A stretch of 64,000 nucleotides of DNA from Leucoraja ocellata (lineage: Eukaryota), in NCBI GenBank assembly GCA_036785375.1, contig JAWMAR010000388.1, forward strand, positions 1,984,001-2,048,000, read 5' to 3'. The position numbers and the translations under genes are program-made. Below the pieces are notes generated by a model that saw only the letters and a list, made by a program, of their open reading frames with translations, was not told the DNA's origin and did not search any database. Below, piece by piece: positions 24,956 to 37,609 of this stretch (position 1 is its first letter; every line of letters begins with the position of its first letter).

Positions 24956-26121
24956 CCATGTTAGACCATTATTATCTTTGTTGATAATAAATAAGGTGCT
25001 CCTTTAAAAAAACAAATTAAAAAGGGAAACTGCGTATAAAATGAGCAACAATGCTCAATGAAAGCTCTCTGGACCATATGAATTCTATGATCTTTTGTTT
25101 AATCAGTGTTGTGGGGGAACGGTATGTGTGTGTTTCTGTGTGTGAGTGGCAAGATAGAGATAATATATTTCAAAGTTCCTCATGGACCAGAAGCAACTTT
25201 GATTTAAAGCAACTCATGATGTACATGAGCCATTCTCATGAAGTACATAAGCCATAAAGACAATTATATTCGCCTTTTTATTTTGCTATAAGATATAAGG
25301 AACATAAGCCATAAGCCAATATATTTGCCTATATTTGCCACAGCCCCCCTCCTGTATTGATGGCAGTCCTGAATATTATTGAGACAAGAAAGGGTTCAGC
25401 CGTAGACACATTACGAAGGAAGTTCCACATAATCAGCTGAACCCAAGGTCGCCTACGTAAAGTATGGCACCTTCTGCATTCCTGTTGTGGCTACTAAGAG
25501 AGTAAACAAAGGGAAACTTAGACACACTGCTAACCTAACAAATCAAATACCTATTCCCTCCAAACCAAAACCAACCATAAACCCTATCAATAATACCATC
25601 AGGATGGGTCTGCTTAATGTTAGGTCTCTTAATAACAAATCATTTTTAGTCAACGATTTTATTACCACTTCTAAACTGGATTTTATGTTTTTATCTGAAA
25701 CATGGCTAGAACAAAATAACAGTGCAACCATTCTGATCGAGACAGCTCCTCCCAACTATAACTTTTTTGATGTATGTAGATCTGGAAAAAGAGGTGGAGG
25801 GGTTGCTGCTATATTTTAAAATGTATTTCAGGGGAAACAGATGTCACTTGGTGATTTTCCATCATTCGAATACCTTTGTGTTGTATTGAAATGTTCCCCC
25901 AGAGTTCTCCTATTCATTATTTACAGGCCACCTAAATATTATGCTAATTTTTTCGATGACTTTACAGAATTATAGTCCAGCATCTCCACTGACTTTAACT
26001 GGTGATTTTAATTTTCATACTGATGATTTGAATGACAAGGGTGCAAAATAATGTTTTATTATTTTAGACACATTTGAACTGTCTCAACATGTGAAAGAGG
26101 CTACTCATTGTAAGGGGCACA

Positions 26122-26596
26122 GTGGTTTACAGGTGCTTAGAGGGGTCTGGGTGGGTTTAGAGGGATGTGGAGGGGTTTAGTGGTTTTGAGGGTTTCTGAT
26201 GGGTTTATAGGGCTTTATAGGGGTTTAGTGATTTAGAGGGTTTTTTAGATGTTTTTAGAGGGTATTAGAGCAGTTTAGAGGGGTTTACAGGGGTTACATG
26301 GGTTTTGAGGGTTTACAGGGATTTAGCTGGGTTTACAGGAGTATAGAGGGGTTTACAAGGATTTAGAGGGGTTTAGATGGATTAGAGGGGTTTAGTGGAT
26401 TAGAGGGGTTTAGATGGGTTTAGAGGTGTTTAGAGGGGTTCACGTGGGTTTACAGGGGTTTCAAGGGTTTTAGAGAGGTTTACAGGGGGCTGAGAGGATT
26501 TTACAGAGGTTTAGTGGGGTTTACATGGGGTTTACAGGGGCTTTAGATGGGTTTAGAGGGGGTTATAGGGGGTTTAGAGGGGGTTATAGGGATTTA
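26122..26596. repeat. G/T-rich degenerate ~10-bp minisatellite (GGGGTTTAGA-like) inserted in L2
   Basis: Flanked by exact 39-bp direct repeat at 26083-26121 and 26597-26635. Confidence 0.85.
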
Positions 26597-28082
26597 CTCA
26601 ACATGTGAAAGAGGCTACTCATTGTAAGGGGCACACCCTGGACTTGATTATCACAAAGGGTCTCAATGTTTCTGATATTTCCGTGAATGATCCTTCATTG
26701 TCTGACCACTTCTGTGTTTTCTTTAATATATATTTTATTCCCGACATACAGACAAAATCAAATACCGTCAAAAAACGGTATATAAATGAACATTCTAATG
26801 TACTCTTTAAAAATGCCATCTCCTTGTTACCACCTCTAAACCCATGTTCTGCTGATGATCTTGTAGATAACTTTAATTCCAAAATTGTGAAGGTTATAGA
26901 TGTCATTGCATCTATTACGGTTAAAACGATTTCTGGTAAGCAAAAGGCACCCTGGAGAAAAGCTGCTTTTGTAACAGCCCAGAAAAGAGAATGCTGGAAA
27001 GCTGAACGCATCTGGCGGAAAACAAAACTTCATATTCACCATGACATCTATAAAGAGAGCCTCCGTGCCTACAATTTAGACTTAAAAAGTGCTAGAGAAA
27101 CATTTTTCTCCAATATCATTAACAACAACCTTAATAAGGCAAAAACCCTATTTGCAACTGTTGACAGACTGACCGACCCCCCAACACAAATACCACCTGA
27201 ACTCCATTCCACGCAGAAATGCAATGAGTTTGCATTATTTTATACTCATAAAATTGAAGGCATCAGACGTGCCATCAATATCACCGCTTCAAATAAAAAT
27301 GTTGGATCACCACCCTGTTAGGCAAAGGTAACGTGGCAATGATGACATGCTTTAATGTCATAGACTCTAAAACTCTTGTGGAAACGGTGACACAACTAAG
27401 GCCATCCACCTGCTGCCTTGATGCTTTACCTACCAACTTCTTTAAGAATGTTTTTGACTGCCTAGCAATAGACATACTGCAAATAGTTAACAGCTCTCTT
27501 CAATCAGGAAATTTCCCAAAAGCCTTGAAAACTGCAGTTATTAAACCTCTTTTAAAAAAGCGGAGCCTAGATGCCTCTATTATTAACAACTATAGACCAA
27601 TATCAAACCTATCTTTCATAAGTAAAATCATTGAGAAAGTTGTCCTCCAGCAACTTAATCACTTCCTGGCTTCAACTGGCTGATACGACAACTTCCATTC
27701 AGGATTTCGACCTCTTCATAGCACCGAGACCGCCCTTATTAAAGTTGTAAACGACATCCATCTTAACACAGACTCTGGCAAAGTTTCAATATTAATACTA
27801 TTAGACCTCAGTGCTGCATTCGACACTGTTGATCACTCAATACTTTTGGACAGGTTGGAAAAATGGGTGGGGCTCTCAGGCACAGTCTTAAGTTGGTTCA
27901 GGTCATATTTACAAGATAGGAACTATTTTGTTTCCATTGGTGACTTTGTATCAGAACCAACCAACGTGACGTGTGGAGTCCCGCAAGGTTGGATCTTAGG
28001 GCCCTCTTTATTCAACATCTACATGCTCCCACTAGGGCAAAATAATAATATTGACCACCACTTCTATGCCGATGACACTCAA

Positions 28083-29057
28083 ATTGTACTTCCGGTGGCG
28101 CTGGTGCCAGCAGCCTCAACCTACAGCCAAGGTATTGTACTTCCGGTGGCGCTGGTGCCAGCAGCCTCCACCTACAGCCCGGTATCTTTTTGTTTTTTTG
28201 TTTATTTAGTTATGTTAAAGTGTGTTTTTTTTGTGTTTTTTGGTGTTTTTATGTGGGGGAAGAGGGCACGGTGCGGGGGATACCGTCCTTCAGCCGCTTC
28301 CTGGTGAGGACGCGACTATTATTCGAGTCGCGTCCTCGCCACCCCCCTCCCCCCACATCGGCCTACCTACCTGGATTGGCGCGGCCTTTCCTGCCGGGAT
28401 CGACTGGAGCTCCAGCAGCGGCGGGACAGCGCTGAAACATCGCGGGGCTGGCGATGCCTTACCGGGGGTCGCCGTCTGGATCCCGGAGTGCTGGACCTGC
28501 TGCACCGACATCATGGAGCTGCGGTTTGCGGAGCTCCCAACGCGGGTGGCGCTGACTAACAACGCAGGGTCCTGTGACTCTGCCCAGCTCGGCCTGCGGA
28601 CTCAGGAGCTGCAGACTCCGGCAGCGGGAGGCGGCTGATCGGGAGGTCCGGGCCGCTGAGGAGGAGGCTGCTCACCGTCGGGGTTCGGCGTCGGCGTTCT
28701 ACCAGCCCGGCGTGAGGGCCTGAACATCGGGCCACCCGGGGCGGCGACTGCGGGTGCTCGGAAGGCCCCGACCACGGATGAACACGGAGGGGAGGCTGGC
28801 TGGACTATGGTGCCATCCTCACCTGGGTGCCATTTATGTTATGTTGTGGACTTTATGTGTTTGTGCTTTTAAAAAAAAATTTAATTCAATTTCAATTTTA
28901 TTTTTAATATGTTTTATTATTTATTTATTATTTATTTTTATTATTTTTCTTGTGATTTGTTTTTAACGATACTGCCTGTAAGGGAAATTCATTTCGTTGT
29001 CTCAAATTGAGACAATGACAATAAATTTGAATACAATACAAAAATAAAATACAAAAT
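28083..29057 (+). mobile_element. Non-autonomous retroposon with GC-rich body and Rex1-like 3' tail, inserted just after the L2 YADD
   Basis: L2 frame breaks after YADDTQ and resumes at ~29057; tail ttcatttcgttgtc..atgacaataaa(ataca)n; tandem ~51-bp duplication at its 5' end. Confidence 0.6.
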
Positions 29058-29924
29058 GTATGTAGCGCTATCACCAAATGACTATCGCCCCATAGATCTG
29101 CTGTGCCAGTGCATTGAGCAAGTCAAAGACTGGGTGTGCCAAAATGTCCTCCAACTAAATAAGGACAAAACGGAGATAATTGTTTTTGGTGCTAAAAAAA
29201 AAGGCTTAAAGTAACCCAACACCTTCACTCTCTGACCCTGAAAACGTCAAACAAAGCCAGAAATCTTGGGGTCATTATGGATTCAGATTTAAATTTCGAC
29301 AGTCACATCAAATCAGTAACAAAATCGGCCTACTATCACCTCAAAAACGTAGCAAGATTAAGAGGACTCATGTCAGCTTAAGACTTAGAAAAACGTGTAC
29401 ATGCCTTTATTAATAGCAGGCTAGATTATTGTAACGGTCTCCTTGCAGGTCTTCCTAAAAAAACTGTCAGGCAGCTACAGCTTGTTCAGAACGCTGTTGC
29501 TAGAGTTCTAACAAAGAGCAAAAAATTTGAACACATTACACCAATTCCTAAATCCTTACATTGGCTCCCTGTATGTCAGAGAATTGATTTTAAAATCCTG
29601 CTGCTCACCTATAAATCACTACATGGTTTAGGGCCAAAGTATATCACTGACATGCTTCCACTATATAAGCCTTCTAGACCGCTAAGATCTTCTGAAACCA
29701 ATCTGTTAGTGATTCCCAGAGTAAATACAAAACATGGGAAAGCAGGATTTAGTTACTATGCAACAAATAGCTGGAATAAACTTCCTGAAGATTTAAGACT
29801 TGCCTCAACTTTGACCACTTTTAAAACAAGACTGAAAACTTTTATGTTTACTTTAGCTTTCAGCTAAATCTTAACTACATTGCACTTTTAACTTTTGCAC
29901 ATTTTATAATTCATTTTTAATTTT

Positions 29925-30435
29925 GCTTTTCTTTTTTTTTTTTTTTTTTTTTATTTATTTTTTTTTTTTTTAATATTTTATTTTATTAGAAGTAAGCACA
30001 GTCATATGGCACCAAAGTGCCTAATATATATTTTCATAATACATTTTATGTACAACTTCTTTTTTTTTTGTTACATTGAAAAAAGATGAGAATAAGAAAA
30101 AGAGGTTAGATAGTAAAGGATAGAAAAATGTGAAATATATAGTGTGTGAAGAAAGAAAACGAGTAAATGAAGAAAGTTGAGAGAGAAAATAGTGAAAAGA
30201 AAAGGAGATCATTATTTATAGTCTTGACCAACCCTCGTCCAGTCCTGAAACAGTTATTTTTTACAATTGTGTTGCACCATATGATTCCAAAAAAACGACG
30301 AATGGAGACCAACTCGTTATGAATTGGTCTGATTTATCCATTAGGAGGAATCGCATTTCCTCAAGATGAGCGGTGTCCAACATACTTGCAATCCACATTT
30401 TAAGCGTTGGTATTGATGTACCCTTCCAAAATTTC
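29925..30435 (-). mobile_element. Young L1 3' fragment nested in the L2 3' UTR
   Basis: Poly-T then sequence nearly identical to 62725-63205. Confidence 0.9.
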
Positions 30436-30589
30436 TTTTCTTTTAGTTCTATTTTATTTCATTTTATTATTTAATTTTATTGTATGACATGTTTTTATGT
30501 GAAGCACTTTGAGTCTGCCTCGTGTATGAAATGTGCTATATAAATAAAGTTGCCTTGCCTTGCCTTGCCTTGCCTTGCCTATTATCAAC

Positions 30590-31042
30590 ACATATATTAT
30601 ATACATGATACACAGATATATAAATGTGATATTGATGTATATAATTATATAACACACATACATAATTCTCTAGTTTCTTATAATATATATAAACACATAT
30701 ATTCATTATATATATATATATATAACACACATACATAATTCTCTAGTTTCTTATAATATATATAAACACATATATTCATTATATATATGTTTATATATAT
30801 ATAAAGAAACTCGAGAAATATGTATGTGTGTGTTATATATTTATATACATACATATCACACATATACACGCATCATATATATATATATATACATATACAT
30901 CACATATATATGCGCATCATATATATATATATGATGCGTGTATATATATGTGATATATATGTATGTATATATGATGCGTATATGTGTGATATATATGTAT
31001 ATAAATATATAGCACACACATGTATGTTTCTCGAGTTTCTTT
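30590..31042. repeat. (TA)n-rich region with tandem duplication and long palindrome
   Basis: Duplicated ~70-bp unit at ~30650 and ~30723; aaagaaactcgagaaa (30803) mirrored by tttctcgagtttcttt (31027-31042). Confidence 0.85.
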
Positions 31043-31440
31043 CTTGTGATCTAATTTTGTTGAACTTTTTTTTCTTTCATTCAACCTCTCTCTGAAATCC
31101 TATCATTGTGAATAAAATATAAATGAACACATGCCAAGATATTTTTTCATTCTATATTAGTGTAAAGAAATATAGTGTATACATACCTACATTGATGCAG
31201 AAATGCGAGCATTAGACATGAAAACTGTGCATTGCTACCATAGTTTAGTTTTTAATTTAACATATATTTGAGGGAAATTTACATATATTTGAGGGAAGAG
31301 TTACCCTATTTCCCGGCAATGAAGACGCACCGCCATTTGAGTTGCTAAATTTTGAAAAAGGATGGCGGGACAGGATCGAGGGTTTGGGTTAGTCCAGGGG
31401 TCCGCAGCCTTTTTTGCACAGGGGCCAGGACCCTCCAGGA

Positions 31441-31562
31441 CTAGTTGCAGTTCCCAGGTCACCTGCGAGCCCCGGGTCTAGCTGCGGTTCCCAGGTCACC
31501 TGCGAGCCCCGGATCTAGCTGCAGTTCCCAGGTCACCTGCCAGCCCCGGGTCTAGCTGCAGT
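31441..31562. repeat. 37-bp minisatellite, ~3.3 copies
   Basis: Unit ctagctgcagttcccaggtcacctgcgagccccgggt starting at 31441, 31478, 31515, 31552. Confidence 0.9.
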
Positions 31563-32557
31563 ACCACTGTCCGGGCCCGGCAGCCACCCGAACTCTGAGT
31601 GAGTTTTTAAATGTGAATATCTCATAACTAAACATTTGTGGGTTAGCAGTATATTGCATCAAGCCACTCAATTTTAAATCATTATACAACAACATTCATA
31701 AACAAGGATAACACTTTTTATTTCTGTCATTTATGGTAAGATTTACATAATTTATTGTATTATGTGTGAGATATACAGAGTGTTCAGAACAAAGACGGCA
31801 GTTCTTTGACAAGTACTCCATAGTTCGCTGTAGGAGATCTTATCAACGAGTATTCTGGACCCACTGTCAACATCTGAAATTACAGTAAAATATCATATAT
31901 AATTAACATAAGAACAAATCTGATTATAACTACAGAACTGCAGAATGGATGATATGTCACTTAAATGCAATTGTTTTCAGGGGTGGGGAGAGACATGTAT
32001 ATTAAAGATGCATTTTTCCCCTCGTAGTTCAATTTATGCCTACTGAATAAATTCTGTATTCATGCCTCCTATGTTCTGTTGTGCTGAAGCAAAGCAAGAA
32101 TTTCATTGTCCTACCTGGGACACATGACAATAAACTCTCTTGGCTTGATTTGACTTGATTTAACTTAAATGTAGAAGAGCTTACAATACCATGCCTGCCT
32201 TACGACAACAACAAAACCAAAAATGTACAGCAGTGTAAAACTTGATACCCTTATTATTGTTTAAGAAGGAACTGCAGATGCTGGAAAATCGAAGGTAGAC
32301 AAAAATGCTGGAGAAATTCTTATGGAGCTGGAGCATTTTTGTCTACCTTCATTATTGTGCTAAGTCTATATCTATAAAAGAAGACTTTCTAATAACTTGC
32401 TCATGTACCAAAAAATGTCATATAATATAATACATTGTCGGGATCATAAGAATAGAATGATATATGTTACGGTCATCATACATTGGGAAGGAAATTAAGG
32501 CTTTAATGTGTGTTCCTCGTGGCTTGTCGTTGTTCCCTACAACACCATTTATCATGT

Positions 32558-33222
32558 ACTAGACTAAGTGGGACCCGTTGGGTCCCAGCATCACACGGGA
32601 GGGCTGGTCACCAACGCAATATTCCACCTCTCCACCAATTCCAATACTGCTCGCCAGTGGGGGGTGGGAGGGGGGGGGGGGGGGGCTGTCTATTGCGCTA
32701 GTATGGGTGTTGCGGGCCGAAGGCACTGGTTTCCAGAGGGCTAGTATAGACATTGTGGGCCGTATGGATGCTTGAACAGCCATCCAACTGTTGCAACGAT
32801 TTTAAAAGCCAAGCCAAGGCAAACAATTGGGCTGCAGACACCCGACAACCAAAATTAATTTTGCGAACACAAACTTGCAGCCACTTTAAAGTCGCATCGA
32901 GGGGACTCACCGTGGAGTAGATGTGCGTTCAGTGTTATTCGTAGCTCAGAGAGCTGTGACTCTCTCGCTTCCTGGTCTGGCAGAGACTGAATGAGGCACG
33001 ACACGCCACGCCAGCGGGGGCAGCGGAGACAATGGGGAATTTTGTAAAAACATTAATATCTCTCTAATTTTTCATAGATGGAAAAAATCCTCCGCACTCA
33101 TATGGCACAGGGGGGTTCTGAGCGAGATGGCCAAAAATGACGGCCATAGGTGGCGGTGTTCTCTCAGAAATCGCAGCACTGTTGGCCAAAAGCGGTCAAG
33201 ATCAGAGATTTAGTAATATAGA
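32558..33222. mobile_element. Putative non-autonomous DNA element (Helentron/HINE-like ends)
   Basis: Starts actagactaagt followed by hairpin gggacccgttgggtccc; ends tagtaatatagat. Confidence 0.35.
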
Positions 33223-33414
33223 TTTTAAACACCATTAATCCGTGTACGTTGTGAATATTTAACCATTTATCATGTATTTTAAACACTATTTCAAACCTGC
33301 TTAAACACAAGCCGATTCGGGATCTCCGCGGCTAGGTCTCGAATCGGCCGCCTCCTACCGGAGATCGGGGCTTCATGATGTTATAGGCCGCGGGCCGGCG
33401 ATCGGAGCTTTTCT

Positions 33415-34716
33415 AGGATAAGTCATCCTTGTCATTGTCACATTAACGTTTTGGGTTGTAGAGTCTGACAGCTCCTTTATTACACCTGGGCTTAACAACG
33501 AGAGATATGAACATGATCGCTGGAGCCCAACGACAGTCAACAAAAAATCAATACCTAATATATATCAGAAAATGGCACAGGTATTGCAACCAGAACAACA
33601 TTATCCACAGACCTACAAACATTCAACCGGTATTGGAATTTCTGGTAAATTTACACCATGACGAACGACTTATGTACAGCGCCATCAACTGTGCCAGAAG
33701 TGCCCAGTCTACCTACCTCTGGAGAGAAATGGAACGACAGTGTGTGGGGTCACACCCTTTGGTAATCAAGCTCATGAGGGACATATTCTATGCTAACCCT
33801 CCTAAGGCCAGATATTCCCATATATGGGACGTTGGCATCATTCTGAATCTACTAAGGAACTGGACTCCAGCCACTAGCCTGTCATTACAGACTTTGACCT
33901 TAAAAACGGTCATGCTGATGGCATTGGTCACAGCACAAAGGGCACACTCCCTACACAAATTGAGGCTGGATAACATGACCAGCTCGCAGGGACCATTTCC
34001 AAATGGATTAAACAAGTACTTACTAAAGCAGGTATAGATACTAATTGTTTTAAATCTCACTCCACCAGGGCTGCAGCTACGTCGGCAGCATACAAGTTGG
34101 ATGTTCCATTGGATCAGATCCTCAAGACGGCAGGATGGTCATCAGAAGGAACTTTCCGTAAATTTTATAATAAACCAGTGGAGGAAACTGGAACGTTTTC
34201 AAAAACTATTTTAAGTTCTGTAATATAATTTGTCCCCATGAATATACGGGGTTTTATGATTTCTTTTGTTAATAAATTTGTTTGTTGCATCTACATACCG
34301 TATGGATGTCGAATATATTTCTCCCCTATACCAAGGCAGATCGGTGTCATGGACTCGTCCACGGCAAGAATCACAGAGCTTTGAAATCTTCATGGAGTCC
34401 CTCACGTGACTCCGAAGTAAAATAGTAAGATTAAACGAGAACTCACCAGTTCGAAGTTTGATCTATATTTTATGAGGAGTAACATTGAGGGAATACATGC
34501 CCTCTGCTCCCACCCTGGATCATAAACTTGACTGGTATCTTTTTCTCTAATCTTACTATGTTTAAGTCATTACAGGTATCTGTGATTCACACCGCTGCTT
34601 TGAAGAATGATGCGCATGCGGACTAGCGGGTTCTTCATGTATTCCCTCAACGTTACTCCTCATAAAATACAGATCAAACTTCGAACTGGTAAGTTCTCGT
34701 TTAATCTTACTATTTT
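33415..34716 (+). mobile_element. Second DIRS1-type copy, 5'-truncated: MTase tail, internally deleted YR, ICR and right ITR
   Basis: SHPCHCHINVLGCRV*, YR ORF 33507-34037 homologous to 466-1413, HSTRAA in shifted frame; ~34424-34498 inverted against ~34628-34712. Confidence 0.9.
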
Positions 34717-34719
34717 TGA

Positions 34720-34990
34720 GATGCCGCATGGATACAGGCCCTTGTGCCTAACGAGTCGATGGCGAACATCGACCTGCCGTTCACACTAGTGTATTGTTAT
34801 CCCACTTTCTCATCCACATCCAACATATAAAAGGCAATAATACACAGCCCATTGTACCTCCAGATCCGTATATCTTTGGGATGTGGTAGGAAACCGGAGC
34901 CCCCGGAGAAAATCTACACGGTTGCAACCTCCACACATACAGCTCCCGAGGTACGGATCGAACCTGGATCTATGCAACTGTGTGGCAGTG
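34720..34990 (-). mobile_element. V-SINE (HE1-like tRNA-derived SINE)
   Basis: tctttgggatgtggtaggaaaccggagc..ccggagaaa V-domain and ggatcgaacc B-box on reverse strand. Confidence 0.7.
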
Positions 34991-35384
34991 TGCAGATTAG
35001 GACATGAGCAGGAGCATCACACTAAATACATGCTCTGTGCGTTTTATAACGTATTGAGGGATCTCATCTCCACATCCAACCAACGCTGCATTTGTCCCAG
35101 TGCATTTCATGGGAGAGAGTCAAGTGAACTTTGTCATTGGGCCTCGTCAAGGGTTACCCTCCCCTATAATATTTGTCCGAAAAACAGTCGCGAGGGCTTT
35201 GCTCAGAATATTAGTAGTACATCCCTCTGCTCTTGTAGAATTGGAATGAACAAGGTTTATGGAGATAACCATGTATTTACTAGAGGTGTCATTGCCCGCG
35301 GAGTGACTCCAGCTGATATACCGATAATGCTTAGCTGTGATTAAATGGTTAAATCAAAGACGGATTCTATCGATGCAAAGAATT

Positions 35385-35650
35385 AAGGGATAGCAGTTTA
35401 GGGGTAACATGAGGGGGAACTTCTTTACTCAGAGAGTGGTAGCGGTGTGGAATGAGCTTCCAGTGGAAGTGGTGGAGGCAGGTTCATTGGTATCATTTTA
35501 AAATAAATTGGAAAGGCATATGGATGAGAAGGGAATGGAGGGTTATGGTATGAGTGCATGCAGGTGGGACTAAGGGAAAAAAAAGTTGTTCGGCACGTAT
35601 TTGTAGGGCCGAGATGGCCTGTTTCCGTGCTGTAATTGTTATATGGTTAA
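35385..35650 (+). mobile_element. CR1 3' end (same subfamily as 5053-6590 and 59775-60206)
   Basis: FRGNMRGNFFTQRVV plus (atatggtt) tail. Confidence 0.85.
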
Positions 35651-36109
35651 ATTGACTTTTGACTGACGTGCCATCGATGTCTGTTCAATAGACATTTTGT
35701 AACATTCTCGGTGCCAGAAACATGGTGACACATTGTGCACTACCTAGATGAGGTCTGCTGTGCGATTTTACTAGACTGTATGCAAACATAAAGAATATCA
35801 CGGCTTCAGTGTGCAAAGGGAAACAATGTGGACACCTCTGGCCTTCGCTAAACTGGAAGATAATGAACATCCATTCGGTATTTTACTCATTTTTACTCAG
35901 GTCACTAACTGTGTGGTGTGTGACTAACAATCATACCCACTATATGAACTACCTGAAAACCCTGTGTCAGATAATCTCTAAAGAGATTTCATACAGAATC
36001 CAAGACACATTGATGCCCACTGTAAACGTGAAAGCTAATCCCAACCAAACACAGTAGCTGGGATTTACATGACCACAATGGATACTCCTGACAATTTAAT
36101 CGAAATGAT

Positions 36110-36900
36110 GCATCCTCAAAAAATTCTAAAATATTAGTAAAGCATGGTTTCCCCATGCTGACTTTGACTGATCCCGTCATTGCTTTCCAAATGCGCTGCT
36201 ATAACATCTTTAATATTCGACTCCAGCATCTTCCCCACTACCGATGTAAGGCTAACTGGTCTGTAATTCCCCATTTATTCTCTCTCCTCCTTTCTTAAAA
36301 AGTGGAGTTTCATTGGCTACTCTCCAGTCCACAGGAACTAATCCAGAGTCGAGAGAACAATGAAAAATGATCACTAATACATCCTAGGGTCACCTTCTTG
36401 AGGAGTCTAGGACGCAGACCATCAGGCCCTGGGGATTTATTTGCCTTCAGTCCCAACAGTTTACCTAACACCATTTTCTGACTAATGTGGATTCCCTTCA
36501 GATGCTCCCTCCGACTAGATCCTCAGTCCCCTAGTATTTCTGGGAGATTGTTTGTGTCTTTCTTAGTGAAGATAGAATCAAAGTACTCATTTAACTGTTC
36601 TGCGATTTCTTTTTTTCCCCATTATAAATTCACCTGTCTTTGACTGTAAGGGACCTGCATTCGCTAATCTATTTCTTTTTACATCCCTAAATAAACGTTG
36701 ACGGTCAGTTTTTATATTCCCCGCAAGCTTTCTTTCATGCTCTTCCCCCTCTTAATTAACCCCTTTGTCCTCCTCTGTTGGAGTTCCACATTTCTCCCAG
36801 CCCCCTGATTTGCCGCTTCTTCTGGCCAATTTATATGCCTCTACTTTGGATTTAACCCAATCATTGTCTTCCCTCCTCAGCCACGGTTAAGCCGCACTCC
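36110..36900 (-). mobile_element. Degenerate CR1 internal fragment
   Basis: Colinear with 16230-17050. Confidence 0.75.
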
Positions 36901-36924
36901 CAGTTTTATTCTTTCGGTAGTTCA

Positions 36925-37325
36925 GGATCAGTCTGGCATCAGTTTGACGAGGAGGTCGACAAGGTGCTAGAAGCAACTGTGAAGGGAGACGTGGATGGAA
37001 GGCTGTGGGCGATGACAACAATCATCATCAGCCTAGCTGTGGAAAGGTTTGGAGAAGTGGAGAAGCAGCCGGCCAGAACACCTTTCACCATGAACCAACG
37101 AGCAACAAAGATCCACAAGATCCAGCAGGAGCTGAAGTCCCTCAAGAAGCAGAATAAAGAGGCCAGTGAAGAGCAACGTCCCCCCTTGGCTGAGCTGTGA
37201 ACCATCCTGAGGAAGAAGCTGATGACCCTCCGTAGAGCTGAGTGGCACCGAAGACGCCGGAAGGAAAGAGCCAGGAAGCGAGGAGCATCCTTCATAGCCA
37301 ACCCCTTCGGCTTCACCAGGCAACC
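36925..37325 (+). mobile_element. HERO-like (R2-group) non-LTR element fragment
   Basis: WHQFDEEVDKVLEA..ERFG..LRRAEWHRRRRKERARKR..FIANPFGFT resembles the pre-RT region of HERO elements. Confidence 0.6.
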
Positions 37326-37609
37326 GTTTTGATAACCATTATGCTCTCTCTGTAAGGTTCACAGTCAGTTAAGCTCTGTTTCCCATTCCCACACCGAGCA
37401 TCTTCCATTGTCAATCTTGGCCTCACACACAGTGGAGAGCAGCACCCGATGATGATCCGCTTGGATATCTTTCAATGGAACAGTATAAACACCGATTTCT
37501 TCAATTTAGAATCATAGCACCCTGCACACGCTCTCTTCCTCATTCTTGTGCCCATATTTTACTCCCCAGCCCCCAGCTCTCAAGTCACCTTCGTCATTTA
37601 AATTTTAAA

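Larger units (their letters stand above)
25330..30580 (+). mobile_element. L2-clade LINE (APE + RT + 3' tail) carrying three nested insertions
   Basis: LLNVRSL, SETWL, GHTLDL, SDH, NNYRPISNL, HSTETAL, DLSAAFD, GVPQG, YADD, SRLDYCN, LHWLPV; 3' end gtgaagcactttgag..aataaag(ttgcc)n. Confidence 0.9.
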
